This document shows, one piece after another, positions 58,761-64,000 of a DNA stretch of 64,000 bases; positions within the stretch are counted from its first letter, which is position 1, and each line of letters opens with the position of its first letter. The notes under the pieces were generated by a model, which was given only the letters and a program-made list of their open reading frames with translations, was not told the origin of the DNA and ran no database searches. The stretch covers positions 3,488,001-3,552,000 of the forward strand of contig OZ244621.1 in NCBI GenBank assembly GCA_965218425.1. Reading direction: 5' to 3'. The position numbers and the translations under genes are program-made. Origin of the DNA: an uncultured Candidatus Binatia bacterium. Lineage in GTDB: Bacteria > Desulfobacterota > Binatia > UBA9968 > CAXXLF01.

Positions 58761-59876
58761 TTAACCGGGCGCGGAGACCTCCCCCGGCGCGTCCAGCGCC
58801 CGGCAATCGTCCGCCGCCCAACCAAGCTGAATCTGCATGCCTTCATCAAGAGAGGCATGACGGTAAGCGTTTGGCACCTTGACGGTGAACTCGTCATTTC
58901 CGGCCACCATCAACCGGGCCCGAATGTGGTCGCCCAGGTAGATCAACTCCTCGACGCGGCCGCTAATGAGATTCTCCGCCGTTTCGCCGGCCGGCGCTAT
59001 GGCAACCCGTTCGGGGCGAAGCGACAGGGTCGTGCGCGCCCCTTCACCGTCCACCTTAACCTTCAGTGCGCGTACGGTGGTACCGTCATCGAGAGCAACT
59101 TGGCAATACGCCCCGTCTATGGACGTGACCTTGCCGCTCAGGCGGTTGTTTTCGCCTATGAATTGGGCCACGAAGGCGTTCCCGGGTTGCTCGTATAGTA
59201 CGCTGGGCTCCGCCAGTTGCTGGATAACGCCGTCGTCCAACACCGCGATCCGATTGGACATGGTCAAAGCTTCGGATTGATCGTGGGTCACGTAGACCAC
59301 GGTCACGCCAAGATTCTCGTGGATGCGCTTGATTTCGTACTGCATTTCTTCGCGCAGGTTCTTGTCCAGCGCACCGAGCGGTTCGTCCATAAGCACCAGA
59401 ACGGGTTCGAACACCAGGGCCCGCGCCACCGCCACCCGCTGCTGCTGGCCCCCGGAGAGTTGCGCCGGCCGCCGACTGCCGAAGTCCGGCAACCGGACCA
59501 TGTCGAGTGCTCGCTTGACTTTGGCTTCGGTATCGGCCTTTGAAAGCTTGCGGACCTGCAAGGGGAATGCCAAGTTCTCTGCCACCGTCATGTGCGGGAA
59601 CAAAGCATAGTTTTGGAACACCATGCCAATGCCGCGTCGATGGGGTGCAACGCGGTTGATCGGCCGGTTGTTCAGATAGATCTCGCCGTGCGTCGCCGGT
59701 TCGAATCCAGCGAGCATCATCAGGCAGGTGGTTTTGCCGGACCCGGACGGACCCAGCATGGTCAGGAATTCACCCCTTTCGATGTTCAGATTGAGGTCTT
59801 TGACGACCAGCGTCTCGCCATCGTAGCTCTTTTGAACGCGGTCGAATTTGACGATGCTCGGTCTGGTGTCAAACAT
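58761..59876 (-). CDS. potA: Polyamine-type ABC transporter ATP-binding protein
   Basis: GPSGSGKT, LSGGQQQR, MDEPLGALD, TOBE domain. Confidence 0.9.
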   Translation of the reverse strand: MFDTRPSIVKFDRVQKSYDGETLVVKDLNLNIERGEFLTMLGPSGSGKTTCLMMLAGFEPATHGEIYLNNRPINRVAPHRRGIGMVFQNYALFPHMTVAENLAFPLQVRKLSKADTEAKVKRALDMVRLPDFGSRRPAQLSGGQQQRVAVARALVFEPVLVLMDEPLGALDKNLREEMQYEIKRIHENLGVTVVYVTHDQSEALTMSNRIAVLDDGVIQQLAEPSVLYEQPGNAFVAQFIGENNRLSGKVTSIDGAYCQVALDDGTTVRALKVKVDGEGARTTLSLRPERVAIAPAGETAENLISGRVEELIYLGDHIRARLMVAGNDEFTVKVPNAYRHASLDEGMQIQLGWAADDCRALDAPGEVSAPG

Positions 59877-60009
59877 CCATCCGCCCGACCTCGGCCGTGC
59901 GAAGTAGCCGGACCAGCCCTACCGTGGCCGATTGCCTTGATGATGAGAAATTCACCGTTTGCCCACCGGTGTGTAAAGCTATCAAATTCCATCGGGTGAT
60001 ACAATCGCG

Positions 60010-60205
60010 AAAGCCTGGTGGATTGATTCCAACGATTGGAACCCGGGTATTCTTGCGGCGATGATTTTGTCCTGGTCGGCTGTCCAAATGAATGGTTTTG
60101 CCTCGGTCCGGTCGTGTTCATCGATGCACCGGTTGATGGCGACTTGCAGGTCGACGAGGGAATGGAAGACGCCGTGCTTCAGCCTGCGCCGGTTAAGCTT
60201 GGTGC
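60010..60205 (-). mobile_element. IS630 transposase C-terminal remnant
   Basis: RRRLKHGVFHSLVDLQVAINR...KPFIWTADQDKIIAA. Confidence 0.7.
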
Positions 60206-60348
60206 ACAAGCCCTCGACGGCGCCATCGCGGCAGGTGGAGTGTTCGGCGCGGGCAACGTCTCTGCTCCCTGACCACGCCTGCAGTCGTCGGAGTGCACCC
60301 GTACCAAGGCGGTTACAGGCGTCGTCGTTCCCGCCTTCACGGGAGATG

Positions 60349-61179
60349 CTACGGCTTGCGGCCTATCGCCTCTCCCCAAGCCACGGCGGCGAACGCACCG
60401 GGGGTGTCCTTCCACTGGTCGAGCATGCGGCGCCAGCCATCGAACTGCTCGTGACTTGCCAGCCCGTGTTTCGTGGCCGCTTCCACGGTAGCGGAGGAGA
60501 AGAACCAGCCGCCCGCGAAACCGTGATAAAAGGCGATGTCCCCTGCCGTGCTGTAGGACTCGAACGAAGCGCCGGCATGGATGTCCGAGAACCCGGCATC
60601 GAGAAACGCACGCTTGAGTTCTTTCCCCATCTGGGGGTGGGCCCCGTTGGCCTCGAGAAGTTTCGTGAACGTCGCCCATGCACCGCCCATGTCTTCAAGT
60701 TCGGGCTCGAAAAACGATGAGGCGCCGATCAGTTCCCGGCTGGAGATGAGGCCCCCGGGCTTCAACACCCGCTTCACCTCGGCCAGGGTGGCCTGCGTAT
60801 CCGGGATGTGCATGAGCAGGGCGTTGCAGTGGGCGACGTCGAACGAGTCGTCCTCAAAGGGAAGATCGGTCACATCGCCTGTGTGGAATACCGCGTTGCT
60901 GTGCCCGCCGGCCAACGCGGCGCCCCGTGCCATCTCGATCTGTGACTCTTCCATATCGATGCCGTGCAACTCTCCGGGTTCCACTGCTCTTGCGAGCCCT
61001 ATCGAAATCGTCCCGGGGCCGCAACCGAAATCGAGAACGCGGAGACCGGGCTTGAGGTGCGGGAGCAGATGCGCGGCACTGGTCTGCGCGCTCCGGCGGT
61101 CGAGCAGTTTCCGGAACTCGTCGCTGTATCCCATGGTGTAGGAGGGCGTGGAAGTAACCCGGGTTTTGTCGCCGTTCAA
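60349..61179 (-). CDS. Class I SAM-dependent methyltransferase (start uncertain, 61179 TTG or 61134 ATG)
   Basis: VLDFGCGPG, LPFEDDSFDV, RVLKPGG. Confidence 0.88.
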   Translation of the reverse strand: MNGDKTRVTSTPSYTMGYSDEFRKLLDRRSAQTSAAHLLPHLKPGLRVLDFGCGPGTISIGLARAVEPGELHGIDMEESQIEMARGAALAGGHSNAVFHTGDVTDLPFEDDSFDVAHCNALLMHIPDTQATLAEVKRVLKPGGLISSRELIGASSFFEPELEDMGGAWATFTKLLEANGAHPQMGKELKRAFLDAGFSDIHAGASFESYSTAGDIAFYHGFAGGWFFSSATVEAATKHGLASHEQFDGWRRMLDQWKDTPGAFAAVAWGEAIGRKP

Positions 61180-61199
61180 TTGGTAGCTCCCTCTCAAAT

Positions 61200-61325
61200 C
61201 GCCACGCCAACCTCGTCCCCTTGAGGGCATTCTTGCCCTCTTTGATGTGCCGTTCCGCTGTGCCCCGCTTATTGTAAAAGGCCACCACGCGTTGGGCCAA
61301 ACGGGGCAGGGGGGTGACGCAGTAC
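61200..61325 (-). mobile_element. IS1380 transposase remnant
   Basis: VTPLPRLAQRVVAFYNKRGTAERHIKEGKNALK. Confidence 0.65.
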
Positions 61326-61742
61326 CCGGAAATATAGGATCCTCCGGCGGGTATTGTCAAGTTAAGCGGAATCCGCCCGTTTTGCGGTGGACTCTGCATC
61401 ATGCTGGGCAGGATCAGCGCAAATCCTTCAACATAAGAATCAACCTTTCGGGATCGGCTCTAATCTGATGCCGAGGTGTGATTACTTCTGGCTATGCGGG
61501 CGAAAAGGTCCAGATAATTTCGTTTCTCGTACGCTCTCCGAGAGGTGTGTTTGTCGGTGGCGGTAATTGATCGTTGATGACCGCGGCGACTTCACAATGG
61601 ATGATTCCATAGGCAAAATGGCCCCAAAACCATTAAAGAAGGGCTCAAATATTCGCGCAACAAAAGGATAGGAGGACCCAATGAGTGGACACGAGAAAGA
61701 ACTAATGATAAAGGTCGGGATGATCCATCGAACAAGGTCACG

Positions 61743-62912
61743 ATGATGAGAGAACCGCACAAGATCCTTGTGGTCGACGATGAGCCCGATCTCGAACAGC
61801 TCGTGCTCCAACGCATGCGTCGTGAAATTCGAGGCGGCCGCTATGCGTTCGTTTTCGCCCATAACGGGGTCGAGGCGCTTGATCGCTTGAACGAGGATCA
61901 GGAAATCGATATGGTCCTCTCGGATATCAACATGCCGGAGATGGACGGCCTCACGCTGCTTGAGCAAATCCCGACGGTCGATCCCAATGTCCGCTCCGTG
62001 GTCGTCTCGGCGTATGGCGACATGAGCAACATCCGCGCCGCGATGAACCGGGGCGCTTTCGACTTCATCACCAAGCCCATCGACTTCGATGATCTGCGGG
62101 TCACCATTGAGCGAACCCTTAGCCATCTCGCCCTGTGGCGGGAGGCTCTTGAATCGCGCGACAAGTTGACCGTGCTGAAAAACGAACTCGACTTGGCCAA
62201 CAAGATGCAGCAGTCGATCCTGCCGACCGAATTCCCCGGGAGCTCTGACTACCAGGTGTTCGCGAGCATGGAGCCGGCCCGCGACGTGGGCGGCGACTTT
62301 TTCGACGTTCTGAACTTGCCTGACGGTCGGATCGGCGTCGCGGTTGCCGATGTCTCGGGTAAGGGCGTGCCCGCCGCCCTTTTTATGATGTCGAGCTGCA
62401 CGCTGCTGAAAAGCGTCGCCTTCGTGCGGTCCGGGCCCGACGAGGTGCTGCGCGAGGTCAACCGTTTGATTGATGAGAGCAACAAAGCCTCGATGTTCGT
62501 CACCATTTTCTTTGCGATTTTCGACCCGGCGACGGGGGAGTTCGTTTACGCCAACGGCGGGCACAACCCCCCGCTTATCGTCCGCGCCGACGGCACCTCG
62601 ACGCTGCTTACCCTACCCCCCGGAATCGCCCTCGGCGTGACCCCCGATTTTGGGTATGAGAGGAGCACTGTGACCCTCTCGCCCGGCGATGCCGTCGTAA
62701 TCTATACCGACGGCGTGACCGAAGCCGAGAACGACAAGCACGAGCAGTTCGGGATCGAGCGCCTGCGCGAAGTTTTTGCGGATGCGCCGCCGAGCGACCC
62801 TCGGAAGGACAACACGGCGGTCTTTCAGGCGGTGAAGACTTTCGTGGGCGATAACCCTCAATTCGACGACATTACATGCCTTACACTTTACCGTAGCGGA
62901 CCGAACGGGTGA
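61743..62912 (+). CDS. rsbU: Receiver + PP2C/SpoIIE phosphatase (RsbU-like)
   Basis: VVDDE, LSDINMP; VGGDFFD, DVSGKG, YTDGVTEA, DDIT. Confidence 0.88.
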   Translation: MMREPHKILVVDDEPDLEQLVLQRMRREIRGGRYAFVFAHNGVEALDRLNEDQEIDMVLSDINMPEMDGLTLLEQIPTVDPNVRSVVVSAYGDMSNIRAAMNRGAFDFITKPIDFDDLRVTIERTLSHLALWREALESRDKLTVLKNELDLANKMQQSILPTEFPGSSDYQVFASMEPARDVGGDFFDVLNLPDGRIGVAVADVSGKGVPAALFMMSSCTLLKSVAFVRSGPDEVLREVNRLIDESNKASMFVTIFFAIFDPATGEFVYANGGHNPPLIVRADGTSTLLTLPPGIALGVTPDFGYERSTVTLSPGDAVVIYTDGVTEAENDKHEQFGIERLREVFADAPPSDPRKDNTAVFQAVKTFVGDNPQFDDITCLTLYRSGPNG

Positions 62913-63340
62913 GCGCGAAACTGTCCTTGCGCATGGGATCGGATCCCGATGAGATTGAGCGCATCCACGCGACCGTCGAGGCATTCGCGCAGGCGGAAGA
63001 CTGGCCGTCCGCTCTCGAGTTTCAGATCAAGCTCGTGCTTGAAGAAGTGGGGCTCAACATCATCAATCACGGGTACGATGATGAGAACCCTGATGTCGAC
63101 GGGCATGGGGTTGAGATCACGGTCGCCTCGGGCTCGGAGTCGGTTACCCTTGAGATCACGGACAAGGGTAGGCCGTTCGACCTGCTGACCGATGCCCCCC
63201 CGCCCGACCTCCAATCGGGCGTCGAAGACAGGTCTGTGGGCGGGCTGGGCATCCATCTGGTGCGGACAATGATGGATGAGGTGCGCTATCGGCGAGAAGG
63301 GAACATGAACCATCTGACTCTGGTCAAGCGGAGGAGTTGA
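62909..63340 (+). CDS. rsbW: Anti-sigma factor Ser/Thr kinase (RsbW-like)
   Basis: LEEVGLNIINHGY, DKGRPFD, GGLGIHLV. Confidence 0.85.
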   Translation: MSAKLSLRMGSDPDEIERIHATVEAFAQAEDWPSALEFQIKLVLEEVGLNIINHGYDDENPDVDGHGVEITVASGSESVTLEITDKGRPFDLLTDAPPPDLQSGVEDRSVGGLGIHLVRTMMDEVRYRREGNMNHLTLVKRRS

Positions 63341-64000
63341 TGGGGCGGACACTCCGAGCCCGCTGGGCGCTTGTGATTGCCTTCGTCGCGGTGCTCGGCC
63401 CGGCGGCGGAGGGCCGGACGGATGAGTCCTCGATTGCCGCCGATCGCATTGTTTTCGGCCAGTCCGCTGCCTTCAGCGGCCCCGCCAGGGATCTGGGCGA
63501 GAACATGCGGCTCGGGATCGAAGCCGCCTTCCACGCTGCGAATGAACGTGGCGGCGTCCATGGACGCCGACTTGAGCTTGTGTCCCTCGACGATGCGTAC
63601 GAGCCGGAAGCCGCCATAGCCAACACCCGCACGTTGATCTCGGAGGAAGGGGTCTTCGCGCTGATCGGCGCTGTCGGCACGCCGACTTCGCGCTCCGCAA
63701 CTCCGGTCGCCGCGGCCGCGGGAGTTCCCTATATTGCGCCGTTCACCGGCGCCCATTTTCTCCGCGAGGCGCGGTGGAAAAATATTATCAACCTGCGCGC
63801 CTCCTACTTTCAGGAGACTGAGAAAATGGTCGACCGCCTGATCCGGGACCTGGATATCGACCGTATAGCCGTGTTATATCAGGACGACACCTTCGGGCGG
63901 GCGGGCTACCTCGGCGTTCGCAGAGCACTTGAGCGGCGTGATTTGGAGCTAGCAGCCGTTGGGGTGTATCCGCGCAATACGACGGCGGTCAAAACGGCTC
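63340..64000 (+). CDS. Branched-chain amino acid-type ABC substrate-binding protein, 3'-truncated by window edge
   Basis: ATG overlaps rsbW stop; GQSAAFSGPA, GGVHGR, DDAYEP, GAVGTPT, LRASY. Confidence 0.85.
   Translation, partial: MGRTLRARWALVIAFVAVLGPAAEGRTDESSIAADRIVFGQSAAFSGPARDLGENMRLGIEAAFHAANERGGVHGRRLELVSLDDAYEPEAAIANTRTLISEEGVFALIGAVGTPTSRSATPVAAAAGVPYIAPFTGAHFLREARWKNIINLRASYFQETEKMVDRLIRDLDIDRIAVLYQDDTFGRAGYLGVRRALERRDLELAAVGVYPRNTTAVKTA

Overview
Bacterial genomic DNA of about 55-60% GC (estimated by eye). The gene content resembles Binatia/Desulfobacterota_B-type environmental genomes; this is an inference. Bases 1-40.9 kb form an almost entirely co-oriented catabolic supercluster built from paralog expansions: 6 Rieske oxygenase alpha subunits (a 7th lies at 47-48.6 kb), 1 beta subunit, 5 ornithine cyclodeaminase/mu-crystallin proteins, 4 bicupins, 4 amidohydrolase_2 enzymes, a LigB-type dioxygenase, a dihydrodiol dehydrogenase-like enzyme, a dihydroxyphthalate decarboxylase-like gene, a flavoprotein/ferredoxin pair, a BBE-like oxidase, a cytoplasmic molybdoenzyme and a heme-oxygenase-like diiron protein. 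No classical Rieske reductase is visible. A small AhpD/CMD-family selenoprotein gene (6642-6902), absent from the ORF track, has a CxxU motif and a SECIS-like hairpin 11 nt after the in-frame TGA. Several cluster genes carry nonsense or frameshift lesions. The 41-51 kb stretch is a mosaic of gene and IS remnants plus a split urea-carboxylase-like pair. The 52-60 kb stretch is a porin plus potABCD-like locus, interrupted by a complete IS1595 element (TIRs, 8-bp TSD) carrying passenger ORFs and a long RNA hairpin. The window ends with a methyltransferase and an rsbU/rsbW-like module. No rRNA, tRNA or CRISPR array was recognised.
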